A DNA stretch of 64,000 bases. Origin: Candidatus Enterousia sp. (GTDB lineage Bacteria; Pseudomonadota; Alphaproteobacteria; Rs-D84). The stretch spans positions 12,265 to 76,264 of the forward strand of contig JAZTWM010000006.1 in the NCBI GenBank assembly GCA_045635825.1, in the 5' to 3' direction. The notes beneath the pieces were generated by a model. It searched no databases and was not told where the DNA came from. It saw nothing but the letters and a program-made list of their open reading frames with translations. Positions within the stretch are counted from its first letter, which is position 1. The number at the start of each line of letters is the position of its first letter. The position numbers and the translations under genes are program-made. Shown one piece after another: positions 38,729 through 50,053 of this stretch.

Positions 38729-40036
38729 TTAGCGGACAGATGCCTGTTGAAACAGTTCGTCTGCTTTAACTTTTTTTTCTTTTGTTTTTACATGTGTCAA
38801 CATGGCATCCAGTGCCTTGCGTTCAAACAACATGCCACGCAACATTGCAACTGCGTTTTGATTCTTATTGTAGAATTCAAAAACCTGTTTTGGGTCTGGA
38901 TAGCGTGTTGCTTCGGCCCAAATTGCTTGTTGCAGGTCATCGCGTGATACTTCAACCTGGTTTTGTGTACCCCATTCTGCCAAGATTAGCCCCAGTTTTA
39001 CACGGCGTTCTGCGTCTTTGCGTTCAGTTTTTTCATCCCATTTATGGTCACATTTTTCGTCGTGACAATGGCTGTGGTTGCGGTCAAATTCTGCTTTTGC
39101 CATGTTGTATTCTTGTTCAACCAATGTTTCTGGCAGATCCAGTTTTACTTTGTCTGCTAACATGTCCAGCAATTCGTTACGCATGTCACGTTTTGCAACG
39201 TCTTCGTATTGTTCGTTCAAAATGTTACGAATGTGTTGTTTCAGGGCATCTACAGATTCTTGGCCGACCTGTTTTGCCAGTTCGTCATTTAATTCAGGCA
39301 AGATATGTTTGCGTACTTCGTGTACTTCAACTTCAAATCGTGCGTCCTTGCCAGCCAGATTTTCTGCATGGTATGCGTCTGGGAACTTGACACTTACATC
39401 GAATTTGTCGCCAACCTGATGGCCAATAACTTGGTCTTCAAAGCCTGGGATAAATGCGCCAGAGCCTAAAATCAAGTGATGTTTCTTTGCTTCGCCACCT
39501 TCAAATGCTTCGTCGCCAACAAATCCCTTAAAATCTATAACGGCAACGTCACCATTTTGTGCTTTGTATTCTTTGTCTTGTTTTTCTGCAACACTGCGTG
39601 ATTTGCGGATGTTTTCTAATGCAACATCTACTTCTTTTTCATCTAATTCGGCAGTTTTTTTGGTTACAGTATATTTTTCTAAATCGATTGCTGGCAATGT
39701 TGGCAAAATATCAAATTCCAATGAGTATTCTGTATCTTTGCCCATCTCCCATCCAGCCAGGTCTGCCTTTGGGGCACCGGCCAGGCGGATTTTTTTGTCG
39801 GCGATATAGTCGTTTAAATCCTGGTTCATTAATTTGTCAATCGCTTCGCCGTATGCGGATGCATTGTATTTCTGACGCAGGATATTTAATGGCACTTTGC
39901 CGGCACGAAATCCAGGCATTTTAACTTTTTTGCCGTATTCTAACAAGATTTCATCAGCAGCAGCCTGTACCTGATCGGCTGTTAAGGTGCCGGTGACTGA
40001 ATAGTGTAAATCTTTAATTTTTTCTTTTGTAAACAT
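38729..40036 (-). CDS. tig: Trigger factor
   Basis: PGFRAGKVP signature; FKBP domain FIPGFE, FP..YHAE.LAGK. Confidence 0.97.
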   Translation of the reverse strand: MFTKEKIKDLHYSVTGTLTADQVQAAADEILLEYGKKVKMPGFRAGKVPLNILRQKYNASAYGEAIDKLMNQDLNDYIADKKIRLAGAPKADLAGWEMGKDTEYSLEFDILPTLPAIDLEKYTVTKKTAELDEKEVDVALENIRKSRSVAEKQDKEYKAQNGDVAVIDFKGFVGDEAFEGGEAKKHHLILGSGAFIPGFEDQVIGHQVGDKFDVSVKFPDAYHAENLAGKDARFEVEVHEVRKHILPELNDELAKQVGQESVDALKQHIRNILNEQYEDVAKRDMRNELLDMLADKVKLDLPETLVEQEYNMAKAEFDRNHSHCHDEKCDHKWDEKTERKDAERRVKLGLILAEWGTQNQVEVSRDDLQQAIWAEATRYPDPKQVFEFYNKNQNAVAMLRGMLFERKALDAMLTHVKTKEKKVKADELFQQASVR

Positions 40037-40147
40037 ATGCTTCCCCTAAGATTTTAAGAATTGCTGTGTGATTATACAATGTTTTTATTTGAAAGCAATA
40101 ATAAAAAATCCCGCATGTGCGGGATTTTGTTTTTTTGTTCGAAACGA

Positions 40148-40633
40148 TTAACGTTTGCTGAACTGTGTAGAACGACGTGCCTTGCGGAAACCGTAGTGTT
40201 TACGTTCAACAACACGACTGTCGCGTGTCAAGAAGCCTGCGGCCTTCAATGCGGTACGCAATTCTGGTTCGATTTTTTCCAATGCTTTGGAAATACCATG
40301 CTTAACTGCACCGGCCTGACCTGATAAACCACCACCTTCTACCATTGCAACAATGTCATAAGATGTTTCACGTTTTGTAACACCGAATGGCTGTGCAATA
40401 ATCATCTGCAATACTGCACGACGGAAATATTCGCTGGACGCTTTGCCGTTAACGATGATATTGCCCTTACCTGGCATCAAGTATACACGTGCAACAGAGT
40501 CTTTACGTTTGCCAGTTGCATATGTGGCATTGTTCAATTTTGGTGCTGCAACAGTTTTCTTGGCTGTTGCTTTCTTTGCAGGGGCAGCCTTTTTAGCTGT
40601 TGTCTTTGCTGCTGTTTTCTTTGCTTCTGCCAT
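40148..40633 (-). CDS. rpsI: 30S ribosomal protein S9
   Basis: [29 protein letters not shown]. Confidence 0.98.
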   Translation of the reverse strand: MAEAKKTAAKTTAKKAAPAKKATAKKTVAAPKLNNATYATGKRKDSVARVYLMPGKGNIIVNGKASSEYFRRAVLQMIIAQPFGVTKRETSYDIVAMVEGGGLSGQAGAVKHGISKALEKIEPELRTALKAAGFLTRDSRVVERKHYGFRKARRSTQFSKR

Positions 40634-41106
40634 TATTCGCCCCTTTTGTTCTTGCGGTTCAAGCCTGCGAAATCAATAACTTCTGGTTTCTGGGCTTCGT
40701 GTTTGTGTTCTGCACCTGCGTAAACATGCAGTTTTGTTAAACGTTGATTTGCCAATGCAACTGCTGTGCGGCGGCCCATCATACGTTTTACAGCGTTGAA
40801 AACCAATTTTTCTGGCTTTTCAGAACGCATCTGGCCCAATGTGCGTGATTTTAATGAACCTGTCCACAAAGAGTGCCAGAAGAAACGGTCTTTGTCGGCC
40901 TTGTGACCAGACAATGCAACCTTGTCTGCATTGATGATGATAACGTGGTCACCACAATCCATGTTTGGTGACCATGTTGGCTTATGCTTGCCACGCAGGA
41001 TGTTTGCGGTATATGCCGCCAAACGACCTAATGTGCAATCAGTTGCGTCAATTAGATACCATTTGGCTTCTAATTCGCACTTTTTTAACGATTTTGTCGC
41101 TGCCAT
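40633..41106 (-). CDS. rplM: 50S ribosomal protein L13
   Basis: W.LIDA...LGRLA, LRGKHKP, DCGD.VIIINA, H.HEAQKP. Confidence 0.98.
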   Translation of the reverse strand: MAATKSLKKCELEAKWYLIDATDCTLGRLAAYTANILRGKHKPTWSPNMDCGDHVIIINADKVALSGHKADKDRFFWHSLWTGSLKSRTLGQMRSEKPEKLVFNAVKRMMGRRTAVALANQRLTKLHVYAGAEHKHEAQKPEVIDFAGLNRKNKRGE

Positions 41107-41302
41107 TTTGTTTTTTCCTTGTTTTTATTGTTATAGCGGTGCGTATTATGACCTAATCCGCAGAAAATGTCAAGAAAAATGTATATGGTATAATAATACC
41201 GTATTAGAATAACGTGATGTTTTGTGCTGGCGTATAGTTGACATTTTTGTATTTTTGTGTTATATATTGTGTCGATGAAATAAATAAAAAGAGGTAAAGT
41301 AA

Positions 41303-41539
41303 ATGTCAAAGTCAGCATTTCAGGCAAATTCGGCAGAAAAAATTGCCCTGCCACAAAACAGTCAGTTGACTGTATATTTGAAGCAATATCCAATGGTTAA
41401 GATTGTTTTTAAGCCAGAAACCCAACAATGGATTACAAAAATGCCAATTGGTGCATATAAGGAAGTTGTTGCACCAACACAGCGTATGCGTATTTGGGAT
41501 ATTAATGGTGTGGCCCAAGATTTTGCAAAACAAAGATAA
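41303..41539 (+). CDS. Small hypothetical protein
   Basis: Own promoter-like TTGACA..., SD GAGGT, terminator at 41542-41565; ends FAKQR. Confidence 0.7.
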   Translation: MSKSAFQANSAEKIALPQNSQLTVYLKQYPMVKIVFKPETQQWITKMPIGAYKEVVAPTQRMRIWDINGVAQDFAKQR

Positions 41540-41575
41540 ATAAAAACGCCCAATCGGGCGTTTTTATTTATTGGT

Positions 41576-43282
41576 TTACATTTCTTCGGGGATAATCAAT
41601 CCCATCAAATCAATTGTTTGTGCCAATGTGTCACGTGCAATCTGGGTGATGTGCAGACGACCTGCCCTGATGTCTGATGGAACGTCATCACGCAGAATTG
41701 GGCAGTTGTGATAGAATGTGTTAATCAGTTGACACAAGTCATAGGCATAGTTCGCAATCATATCTGTTGCACGATTTTCAAATGCACTGTGTACAGTACG
41801 TTCAAAATCCAGAATGCCAATCAGCAAATTGCGTTCGTCTGTTGTCATTGGCATATATGTTGGATTTGCATCTGTGTTTGCACGCTTTAGGACACTGTTT
41901 AAGCGGACGGCTGTATACAGGATGTATGGACCTGTTCTGCCTTCGAAGCTGGTGACAGATGCTGGGTCAAATATATAATCTGAACGGACATCGTGCATCA
42001 GGTCATTAAACTTAACAGCAGACAAGGCGATGGCGTTGATTGTTTCTGGGGATAGTGTTTTGCCAGATTCTGCAACACGATCGTTTACTGCAACATTTAC
42101 AGCGTCGATAATGTCGTCCAGGCCGGCGGCGTTTCCGTCACGTGTTTTGAATGGCTTGCCGTCACGTCCGTTGATTGTGCCGTATCCAATATGTTCTAAT
42201 GCGTTGTAGTCAAAAATGTTTGATATTTCAGCCGCACGGAACAGTTGTTCAAAATGCAGACTTTGACGCAGGTCGGTAAAGTATATAATGCGATCTGGGT
42301 TGTCTGTTTGTTTGCGACAATATACGGCGGCCAGGTCTGTTGAATCATATGTGTCCGCACCGCGTGAATCAGTCCACATATATGGTGGCATTGGTTTGTT
42401 GTCTGTTTCACGTTTTACAACGATAACTTGGGCACCGTCGCTTTCTGTAATCAAATCTTTGCTACGTAGTATTTGTTCAACGTTATCTAAATATTTAGCA
42501 GCATTTCGTTCGCCTAAATCATAGTCGAATGGCAGGATGTTCAGGCGATTAACTGTTTCTTGCATCATTTTCATAGAGACTTTCAAGAACTTTTCATACA
42601 GTGCGAAATAGCCTGCATGACCGTTTTGGAACTTTGCCTTGATGTCTTGGGCATGGGCCTGAAAATCTGGGTTTTCTTTGGCAAAACTGCTGGCGGTTGG
42701 ATAGTATGTGTTTAATTCTGCTGGGTCGATTTCAAAATCAACAGGTGTTGCTGGGTCAAAATTGTCCTGGAAATATGGTAGTTCTGGGTGCAAACGTTCA
42801 ATCCATGCGATTACCAATGCCATTGGTTTGCCCCAATCGCCCATGTGATTCCAAGAGTATGTTTTGTGTCCCAATAATTTAGCAATGCGATTGAATGTAT
42901 CGCCAACAATAGATGTACGCAAATGGCCAATGTGTAATGATTTGGCAACGTTGTATGCACCGTAATCTAAATCGATTGTTTGTGGTGTGTCTGTGCGTGG
43001 TGCTTGTGGCAGGCATGCAGATTGCCAAATAAAATCATCCTTTAATTTAATGTTGATGAATCCTGGGCCGGCAATAGATGCGTCCGCAACAAAATCCAGT
43101 TCTGTTAGTTTTGGCAGTATTTCACTTGCAAATTCGCGTGGATTCTTTCCGGCTGATTTGGCCATAACCATTGCGACATTTGTTGAAAAGTCTCCAAATT
43201 CACGATTGCGTGGAACTTCTAGGTTTACGGTCGTTCCCAGTTTTTCGTTTATCGCATTTGATACATACTTGTACAAGTTCAT
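41576..43282 (-). CDS. argS: Arginine--tRNA ligase
   Basis: AGPGFIN, NVAKSLHIGHLR, GDWG, FKTRDG, FEGRTGPYILY, C-terminal EEM. Confidence 0.97.
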   Translation of the reverse strand: MNLYKYVSNAINEKLGTTVNLEVPRNREFGDFSTNVAMVMAKSAGKNPREFASEILPKLTELDFVADASIAGPGFINIKLKDDFIWQSACLPQAPRTDTPQTIDLDYGAYNVAKSLHIGHLRTSIVGDTFNRIAKLLGHKTYSWNHMGDWGKPMALVIAWIERLHPELPYFQDNFDPATPVDFEIDPAELNTYYPTASSFAKENPDFQAHAQDIKAKFQNGHAGYFALYEKFLKVSMKMMQETVNRLNILPFDYDLGERNAAKYLDNVEQILRSKDLITESDGAQVIVVKRETDNKPMPPYMWTDSRGADTYDSTDLAAVYCRKQTDNPDRIIYFTDLRQSLHFEQLFRAAEISNIFDYNALEHIGYGTINGRDGKPFKTRDGNAAGLDDIIDAVNVAVNDRVAESGKTLSPETINAIALSAVKFNDLMHDVRSDYIFDPASVTSFEGRTGPYILYTAVRLNSVLKRANTDANPTYMPMTTDERNLLIGILDFERTVHSAFENRATDMIANYAYDLCQLINTFYHNCPILRDDVPSDIRAGRLHITQIARDTLAQTIDLMGLIIPEEM

Positions 43283-43316
43283 TTTTTATATACCCTTCAT
43301 TATAAGTCAGTAGATT

Positions 43317-44597
43317 TTATATTGGTAAAACAATACGGACGCACAGACCGCCCATTTCGCTGTCTTCCAGGAACAGTTGGCCACCATGGTTTTCAATTGC
43401 GGTTTGTGCAATAGATAATCCTAAGCCTGTGCCACCGGTATCTGTGCCACGTGCATCATCAAGGCGAACAAATGGTCGCATTGCGTCTTTTTTGCGTTCA
43501 TCTGGAATGCCAGGACCGTCATCTTCGATTGTAACCTCGATCGTGTCTGTCATATCACGTTCGGTGATTTTGATGCGTTTGTGTGCATATCTGGATGCGT
43601 TTTCAATAATATTGCTGAATGCACGTGCCAAAGCCATTGGGCGGGCATAGAACTGTGCCGGTGTTTCTGGAAAATCTGTGATGATTTTCTTGTCTGGGGC
43701 ACTGTCACGTGCGATGCGTAACAGCATTGGCGGCAGTTCGGTTGCCTGCTCTATTTCTGGGGCTTCACCACGTGCAAATGCCAGATAACCATTTACCATT
43801 TCGGTCATTCTGTCTATGTCGCGTATTAAATCTTGGTCGGTTGCAGTTTGTGTTTCCAGTGATAGACGCATGCGTGTCAGGGGGGCTTTTAAATCGTGAC
43901 TGACGGCATTGAGCATATCTGTACGGGTGCGATTGTACCTGTCCAGACGTTCTTTCATGGTAATCATAGAAGTGGCCGCTTCGCGGATTTCTTTGGAACC
44001 TGTTGGCACAAAGCCGGGTGCGTCCAGACCACGACCAAATCTGCTGGCGGCGTGTGCAATGCGACGAATGCTGCGTGTGTGCATGATGATGAATGGTGTA
44101 ATCAGTATAGATACAATCAGGATAGAACCAATTAGCCAAATAATAAATACTTCGGTACTGGTTGAATAAATGCGGTACAAGGATGTTCCAAATGTTGCGA
44201 TTTGGTTATCTTTGGTTGGGATGTCAACGAATACCAGACGTTTGCCCTTGTCCATATAGATTTGGGTTCGTCTTTGCAGGCGTTTTGATAATTCTGATGC
44301 CAATTTTCCGGTTTCGTGGGCTTTGTTATCGTTGTGCTTTGGACGATTAAGTTTGTCATGAAACGAAACGTTGATACCCGTGTCACGTGCCATTTTTTTG
44401 ACGGCTTCGATATTGCCTTCGTCAATGAAATTGGTCATTGTGATAATTTCGCCTGCCAATGTGCGTGCCAATGTGTCGTGTACGCGTGACCAGTGGTTGC
44501 CAAAGAATGCGTTCGCAACGATAACCTGGGCGATGACCAATGGTAACAAAATCATTAAAATGGTACGCCATAAAAAACTGCGTGGTGTCAATCTCAT
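43317..44597 (-). CDS. EnvZ-like sensor histidine kinase
   Basis: Two TM, HAMP, SHDLKAPLTR H-box, N box, DDGPG, GGTGLGL. Confidence 0.93.
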   Translation of the reverse strand: MRLTPRSFLWRTILMILLPLVIAQVIVANAFFGNHWSRVHDTLARTLAGEIITMTNFIDEGNIEAVKKMARDTGINVSFHDKLNRPKHNDNKAHETGKLASELSKRLQRRTQIYMDKGKRLVFVDIPTKDNQIATFGTSLYRIYSTSTEVFIIWLIGSILIVSILITPFIIMHTRSIRRIAHAASRFGRGLDAPGFVPTGSKEIREAATSMITMKERLDRYNRTRTDMLNAVSHDLKAPLTRMRLSLETQTATDQDLIRDIDRMTEMVNGYLAFARGEAPEIEQATELPPMLLRIARDSAPDKKIITDFPETPAQFYARPMALARAFSNIIENASRYAHKRIKITERDMTDTIEVTIEDDGPGIPDERKKDAMRPFVRLDDARGTDTGGTGLGLSIAQTAIENHGGQLFLEDSEMGGLCVRIVLPI

Positions 44598-44602
44598 CTT
44601 AC

Positions 44603-45262
44603 TTACCGTTTTGTGTTGTGGTGCTGGGGTGACAATTCAACTAATTTGTACCCATGGCCCCGTATTGTTATTATGTCTAGGTGTGATAATACTATATTTA
44701 ATTTGCTTCGCAAGCGTTTTGCAACCATTGGTGTTGCAGGTGCTGTGTTACCGACAGGACTGGTTAATAATTGCAGTAATTTTTTTTCTTCGCCCGACAG
44801 TGCAAAAATGCGTGGCGTGTCTGGGTGTTCTGGGGTTGTTACAAAGAATTCGTTGTCTGTAAATGTCAGCCCATTTGGTAATTTAGAACTGATTTGCGTA
44901 CGTTGATTTATGATATTGTTTAAGCGTAAAATCAATTCCCGTATCTGGAATGGTTTTGCCAGATAGTCGTTTGCACCGCCGGATAGGCCTGCGATTGCGT
45001 TGTCTGCCCCAGTCATCGCGGTCAGCATTATTGTCGGCGTAGTGTTACCAGAATGACGAAGTTGTTGCAGAAATGTCAAGCCGTCCATGCCTGTCATCAT
45101 GCGATCCAGTACGATTGCATCAACGGATATTTTTGCCAAGATTTCACTGGCGTTTTCTGCGGATTCTGCACCCAGAACATGAAAGCCTTCGTTTCGCAAT
45201 CCATGTGCCAAGGCATTGCGTAGAACTGTGTCGTCGTCAACAACAAGGATAGTTTTATTCAT
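44603..45262 (-). CDS. OmpR-family response regulator
   Basis: ILVVDDD, LDRMM, MLTA, DYLAKPF; shortened wHTH ending TIRGHGY. Confidence 0.9.
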   Translation of the reverse strand: MNKTILVVDDDTVLRNALAHGLRNEGFHVLGAESAENASEILAKISVDAIVLDRMMTGMDGLTFLQQLRHSGNTTPTIMLTAMTGADNAIAGLSGGANDYLAKPFQIRELILRLNNIINQRTQISSKLPNGLTFTDNEFFVTTPEHPDTPRIFALSGEEKKLLQLLTSPVGNTAPATPMVAKRLRSKLNIVLSHLDIITIRGHGYKLVELSPQHHNTKR

Positions 45263-45271
45263 GGGTTTGGC

Positions 45272-46189
45272 TTACTCTAATGGTTCAACAGCGTATTCCC
45301 CAGGCTGAATTGTGTTCATGGCGTTGTTTGGCCCCATCATGTCTTCGTCATATGTTGCGGTACGGAATTGTGTGCTGTTGGTGGCAAACTCGGTCTTGAA
45401 CAGTGCGTAACCTGTACCCCCGCCTGTGGTTGGTCCTTGCATGCCCAAGGAATAATAGCCACCCAGAATGCCATAGTCTAAATCGATGTAATCCAGACTG
45501 ACAATTAGTGATACGCTGCTGATGCCGTCACTGGTCATATTGCATGCGAATTCACGATTGGACAGAATTGCTTCGGAATTAACAGGGACAACAATGTCCA
45601 TTACGGTTGGTTCGCAAACACGACTGATGCCGTTTACCAAGAATTCGTATGTCATGCCAACGGTTGCCTTGGATAGGCCGGTTGACATACTGACCTGGGA
45701 AATAGTTCCTTTTGGAATCTTGACCATTGCGTTGGCAATGCCACTGCGTACTGGGAATGATATGCCAGACTGTAAGCAATCGCGTGAAAAAGGATCTGCT
45801 TCACAAATATAAACACGAGAATGGGCGTTCATCATGAACATGTTTGCCAGGCTGTTGAACAAGAAAGAACGTGTAATACGGTCGTTCAAACGTGTGCAAC
45901 CAAAATTGCGACAAATAACCATTGGCTTGTTGGCAAACATAACACCAGGGTGCTCATAGGCCTCGAAATCACGTGCAGCCATAATGTTTTCGTCATAATC
46001 AAGACTGTCTGCACGTTCCATAAACTCGGTCTCTGGGATAAAATTAGGGTCCTCGGGGTATGCATAGTATGACTGGACAGGTGTTTGTGTATAGATTGTT
46101 TGAAAATCTTCGTACATAACATCAGGGTTTGCATGTGCGGAAAATGCACAAAATGCAACAAGTACAGCCATTAAATTTGATTTTGACAT
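45272..46189 (-). CDS. Exported hypothetical protein
   Basis: Signal peptide ending SAHA; 305 aa; co-oriented with the two-component genes. Confidence 0.75.
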   Translation of the reverse strand: MSKSNLMAVLVAFCAFSAHANPDVMYEDFQTIYTQTPVQSYYAYPEDPNFIPETEFMERADSLDYDENIMAARDFEAYEHPGVMFANKPMVICRNFGCTRLNDRITRSFLFNSLANMFMMNAHSRVYICEADPFSRDCLQSGISFPVRSGIANAMVKIPKGTISQVSMSTGLSKATVGMTYEFLVNGISRVCEPTVMDIVVPVNSEAILSNREFACNMTSDGISSVSLIVSLDYIDLDYGILGGYYSLGMQGPTTGGGTGYALFKTEFATNSTQFRTATYDEDMMGPNNAMNTIQPGEYAVEPLE

Positions 46190-46325
46190 AATAACGCCTT
46201 TGGTTCTCTTGGGTAAATATTAGAACATTTTAGATAATTGTGTCAAAACAAAAATATTTTTATTGAAAAACGAATGGCGTTTGTTCTAAGTTATGATTGA
46301 TTAGAAATTAAGAAAGGTGGATTTT

Positions 46326-46985
46326 ATGGTTGATTTAATTATTTCTGGTGAATCTGGTAAACTGCATGCGGTTTATCATAAGTCGTCACAGCCGTCGGCA
46401 CCCTTGGCGGTGGTATTGTCTGGGAATCCACGCCAGAAATATCACATGAACGATCGTGTGTCGTATGCGATGTTTCGTGCATTTATGGATATTGGTTTTT
46501 CTGTTGTACGATTTAATTATCGTGGTGTTGGTGATTCCGAAGGTACGATTGGTACAACAACAGATAATATGTTGGATATTGCAACGGTTATTGACTGGAT
46601 TCAAAATCACAATGAAGATAGTGACAAGATTTGGTTGGCGGGGCATCAATTGGGGGCGTGGTATGTTTTGCAGGCAATGATGAGACGACCAGAGGTGTCT
46701 GGCTTTGCGTTGGTGTCGCCTGATGCATCTGTGTCAGATTTTGCATTTTTATCACCACGTCCAAATCGTGGCCTGTTGTTGCAGGGGGCAATGGAAAGCG
46801 ATGAGGCAAGATCTTTTGCAAGCCATTTGACCCAAATATTGAAAAAACAGGCCCAGATAGATTTAGAAACAATTCGTGTCAGGGGTGCGGATGCTATGTA
46901 CAGTCAGCCAGCAGATTTGCGACAAATGTATAATGATTTGAAGGCCTATGTTGGACGTGAAAACGAAGAAGATAAGTTGTTGTAA
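46326..46985 (+). CDS. Alpha/beta-hydrolase-fold protein with substituted catalytic residues
   Basis: [14 protein letters not shown] fold motif; nucleophile elbow reads GHQLG. Confidence 0.8.
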   Translation: MVDLIISGESGKLHAVYHKSSQPSAPLAVVLSGNPRQKYHMNDRVSYAMFRAFMDIGFSVVRFNYRGVGDSEGTIGTTTDNMLDIATVIDWIQNHNEDSDKIWLAGHQLGAWYVLQAMMRRPEVSGFALVSPDASVSDFAFLSPRPNRGLLLQGAMESDEARSFASHLTQILKKQAQIDLETIRVRGADAMYSQPADLRQMYNDLKAYVGRENEEDKLL

Positions 46986-46987
46986 TA

Positions 46988-47977
46988 ATGCAAGGTAAAG
47001 AAAGATTTTTAGATGCCAATATTCCAGATGATATGGGGACGACAATTCGCCCCCGTTCGTTGATGGATTTTATTGGGCATGATAGTTTAAAACAGAACCT
47101 GTCTGTTTTTATATCTGGTGCACGTTCGCGTGGTGAATCGATGGATCATGTGTTGCTGTATGGGCCGCCGGGGTTGGGGAAAACAACGTTGGCGCATATT
47201 GTGGCAAATGAATTGGGGACTAATTTCCGTGCAACATCGGCACCAATGTTGACCAAACAAGGTGATTTAGCGGCGATTTTGACGTCGTTAGAGCCAATGG
47301 ATGTATTATTTATTGATGAAATACATCGTTTGCCAACCGCCATTGAAGAAGTTTTGTATTCCGCAATGGAAGATTTTAAGTTGGATATTATGTTGGGCGA
47401 AGGGCCCAGTGCGAAAAGTGTGCGTATCGACCTGCCCCCGTTTACGTTGGTTGGGGCGACGACACGTACAGGTTTGTTGTCTAATCCGTTGCGGGATAGA
47501 TTTGGAATCGATTTGCGTTTGACGTTCTATTCGCCCGAAGATTTGGCACGTATTATTATGCGTAGTGCAAATATCTTGGGGACGCCGATTGATGCAGATG
47601 GGGCATTGATGTTGGCAAAATCGGCACGTGGAACGCCACGTATTGCAAATCGTTTGTTAAAACGTGCACGTGATTTTGCAGGGGCGTTGGGAAAAAATCA
47701 AATAACGGCAGATATTATCAAGACAACGTTGGTTCAGTTGCATATTGATGCCTGTGGTTTGGATGAAATCGATCGTGAATATATGAATATGATTGTAAAG
47801 TTCTATGCAGGTGGTCCGGTTGGTGTTGAAAATCTGGCGGCGGCATTGTCTGAACCCAGTGATACAATCGAAGATGTTATAGAACCGTATTTGATGCAAC
47901 TGGGGTTTGTGCAACGGACGCCACGTGGTCGCGTTATTACAGAGGCAGGATATGCACATTTGGGTTTGGAAAAGTAG
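46988..47977 (+). CDS. ruvB: Holliday junction helicase RuvB
   Basis: [47 protein letters not shown]. Confidence 0.98.
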   Translation: MQGKERFLDANIPDDMGTTIRPRSLMDFIGHDSLKQNLSVFISGARSRGESMDHVLLYGPPGLGKTTLAHIVANELGTNFRATSAPMLTKQGDLAAILTSLEPMDVLFIDEIHRLPTAIEEVLYSAMEDFKLDIMLGEGPSAKSVRIDLPPFTLVGATTRTGLLSNPLRDRFGIDLRLTFYSPEDLARIIMRSANILGTPIDADGALMLAKSARGTPRIANRLLKRARDFAGALGKNQITADIIKTTLVQLHIDACGLDEIDREYMNMIVKFYAGGPVGVENLAAALSEPSDTIEDVIEPYLMQLGFVQRTPRGRVITEAGYAHLGLEK

Positions 47978-47995
47978 TGATAATGGTGTTTTATT

Positions 47996-48511
47996 ATGAC
48001 AAGGCATATTAATTTGGCACGTGTCTTTATCCCCAGTCCTGAATATGATGCCTTGGCGGGTGGTGTATATGGCGTGTGTGCCAAGGCATTGGATGGTGTT
48101 TTGTGCGAATTGGTAGATGCGATGCCAAATCGTGACGATTTGCCAATGTATCGTGAGTTTTATGAGATTCTGGACGGGGTTTATAATATGACCTGTGTAT
48201 CTGGATTGATGCCGGTTACGAAACCATTTGTTAGGTGGTATCAGGCAAACAAGGTGTCTGTGGGGCAAGCGGATGATAGGTTGGGTCAGCAAAAACATCG
48301 GTATTCACAGGATGCGAATGTTCTTAACTGTGGCACAATGGAAGAATATCATTTGTTGGAACATATTCATTCTAATTTTGTAAATAAATTAAATAATAGA
48401 CCCATGACAAACTATACGAAGAAATTACCGGCATGTTTTGATACGGATTTGAAAAACGAAAGAGTTCGTGCCTTGGTGCAGAAATGGGCATTTCCGCAGC
48501 GACAGAAATAG
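47996..48511 (+). CDS. Hypothetical protein
   Basis: 171-aa ORF inside the operon; ends PQRQK. Confidence 0.7.
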   Translation: MTRHINLARVFIPSPEYDALAGGVYGVCAKALDGVLCELVDAMPNRDDLPMYREFYEILDGVYNMTCVSGLMPVTKPFVRWYQANKVSVGQADDRLGQQKHRYSQDANVLNCGTMEEYHLLEHIHSNFVNKLNNRPMTNYTKKLPACFDTDLKNERVRALVQKWAFPQRQK

Positions 48512-48517
48512 TGTAAT

Positions 48518-49129
48518 ATGATAGGAAAGATAGTTGATTTTTTGCAGATTGCTGAAAAATTGGAATGTGAATACCGTTTGACACGTATGAGTGACGGTAA
48601 AAATCAGGCGGTGGCATCGCATTCGTGGAATATGGCAATGATGGCGATGGTGTTGCGACCTTATTTGCAGACCCCAGTTGATATGTTGCGTGTATTGCAG
48701 ATGTGTCTGTTGCACGATTTGCCAGAGGCGATTGCACATGATGTACCTTTGCATCAGCAGACGCCCCAAGTGCGTGCAGAAAAGCATGTTCGGGAATCTT
48801 TGGCGATAGAACAGATTGTTGGAATGCTGGATAATGATGAAGTGCGTTCTTGTATGACAGAGTATGAAGCAAGACAAACGCCAGAGGCCCAACTGGTTAA
48901 AGCATTAGATGTATTGGATACGGGGGTTCAGCATATGTGTGCGTCTGATTTGTCGTATGTTGGCGAGTTTGATAATAACTTCTATTGGAAGATGTTTTTT
49001 GATGATGACTTTGTGCGTATGTTTGATTTTGAACCTGTGTTAAGACAGGTTATGGATGAAATACGTGCACGTGTTGCATACAGGTTGCGTCAAGAACAAG
49101 ATATTGATGTAAAGGTGTTTAAAAAATGA
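48518..49129 (+). CDS. HD-domain phosphohydrolase (YfbR/HDDC2-like)
   Basis: VASHSW, LLHDLPEAI..D, EYE...TPEA.LVK.LD. Confidence 0.85.
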   Translation: MIGKIVDFLQIAEKLECEYRLTRMSDGKNQAVASHSWNMAMMAMVLRPYLQTPVDMLRVLQMCLLHDLPEAIAHDVPLHQQTPQVRAEKHVRESLAIEQIVGMLDNDEVRSCMTEYEARQTPEAQLVKALDVLDTGVQHMCASDLSYVGEFDNNFYWKMFFDDDFVRMFDFEPVLRQVMDEIRARVAYRLRQEQDIDVKVFKK

Positions 49130-49500
49130 AGATTCATATATTCCCATTTACGATTGCGTATGCGGATACAGATGCCGAAGGTATTGTGTATCATGCCAGA
49201 TATCTGGAAATTGCAGAGCGGGCACGCATGAACTGGTTGCGTGGACGGTTGAATGTTGGCGATGATATTGGCTTTGTTGTACGTGAATTGAATATCAAGT
49301 ATATTCAGCCATTATGTGTTGCAGATGACTTTGTTGTTGAAACGCAAATGGTGGACGTTGGGGCGGCGGTTGTAAAAATTGAACAAAAGTTCGTGAAAGA
49401 TGGGAAAGATTATGCTATAATAAATCTTAAAGTTGCGTATTTGGGGGCAGATATGCGTCCAAAACGTATACCACAGGATTTTATTGCCGGGTTGGTATAG
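49126..49500 (+). CDS. ybgC: YbgC-family acyl-CoA thioesterase
   Basis: DTDA.GIVYHARYL...ERAR; directly precedes tolQ. Confidence 0.9.
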   Translation: MKIHIFPFTIAYADTDAEGIVYHARYLEIAERARMNWLRGRLNVGDDIGFVVRELNIKYIQPLCVADDFVVETQMVDVGAAVVKIEQKFVKDGKDYAIINLKVAYLGADMRPKRIPQDFIAGLV

Positions 49501-49536
49501 GTCGTATAAACGTAATAAATATGAAAGGAATGGAAA

Positions 49537-50031
49537 ATGGGAAATAACTTTTCGTTATTAAGTTTGTTTACTGGTGATATTATGACGATTTTTGTGTCAA
49601 TCGTCTTGGTTGTGTTCAGTATTATGTCCTGGACCGTTATTGTTGAGAAAATTCGTTTGTGGAAAATGTTCAAACGCAATCCGGTTAAGATTAAGCCAAC
49701 AGATAATTTGGATGTCGTTGTGGATAAATTGATACGTCCATTTGATAAGAATCTGTGGTTCTTGTCCATGGTGGCATATATTTCACCATTTATTGGTTTG
49801 TTTGGTACGGTTTGGGGGGTTATGGATTCTTTTGCATCAATTGGTGTTAATCAGTCTGTCAGTATTGGTGTTATTGCACCGGGGTTGGCAGTTGCGTTGG
49901 GGACGACTGCGCTGGGGTTGATTGCAGCGGTACCTGCAGCGATTGCACACCAATATTTTGCCAAACGTTCAGATGAATTATATGATCGTTTGGATGAAGT
50001 ACGTCGTGAATTAAAATGCAAAAATAACTAA
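49537..50031 (+). CDS. tolQ: TolQ/ExbB proton channel (short)
   Basis: SPFIGLFGTVWGVM, APG...AL..TALGL.AA.PA. Confidence 0.9.
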   Translation: MGNNFSLLSLFTGDIMTIFVSIVLVVFSIMSWTVIVEKIRLWKMFKRNPVKIKPTDNLDVVVDKLIRPFDKNLWFLSMVAYISPFIGLFGTVWGVMDSFASIGVNQSVSIGVIAPGLAVALGTTALGLIAAVPAAIAHQYFAKRSDELYDRLDEVRRELKCKNN

Positions 50032-50053
50032 AACAGATAAAAGGTTTGTGGCT

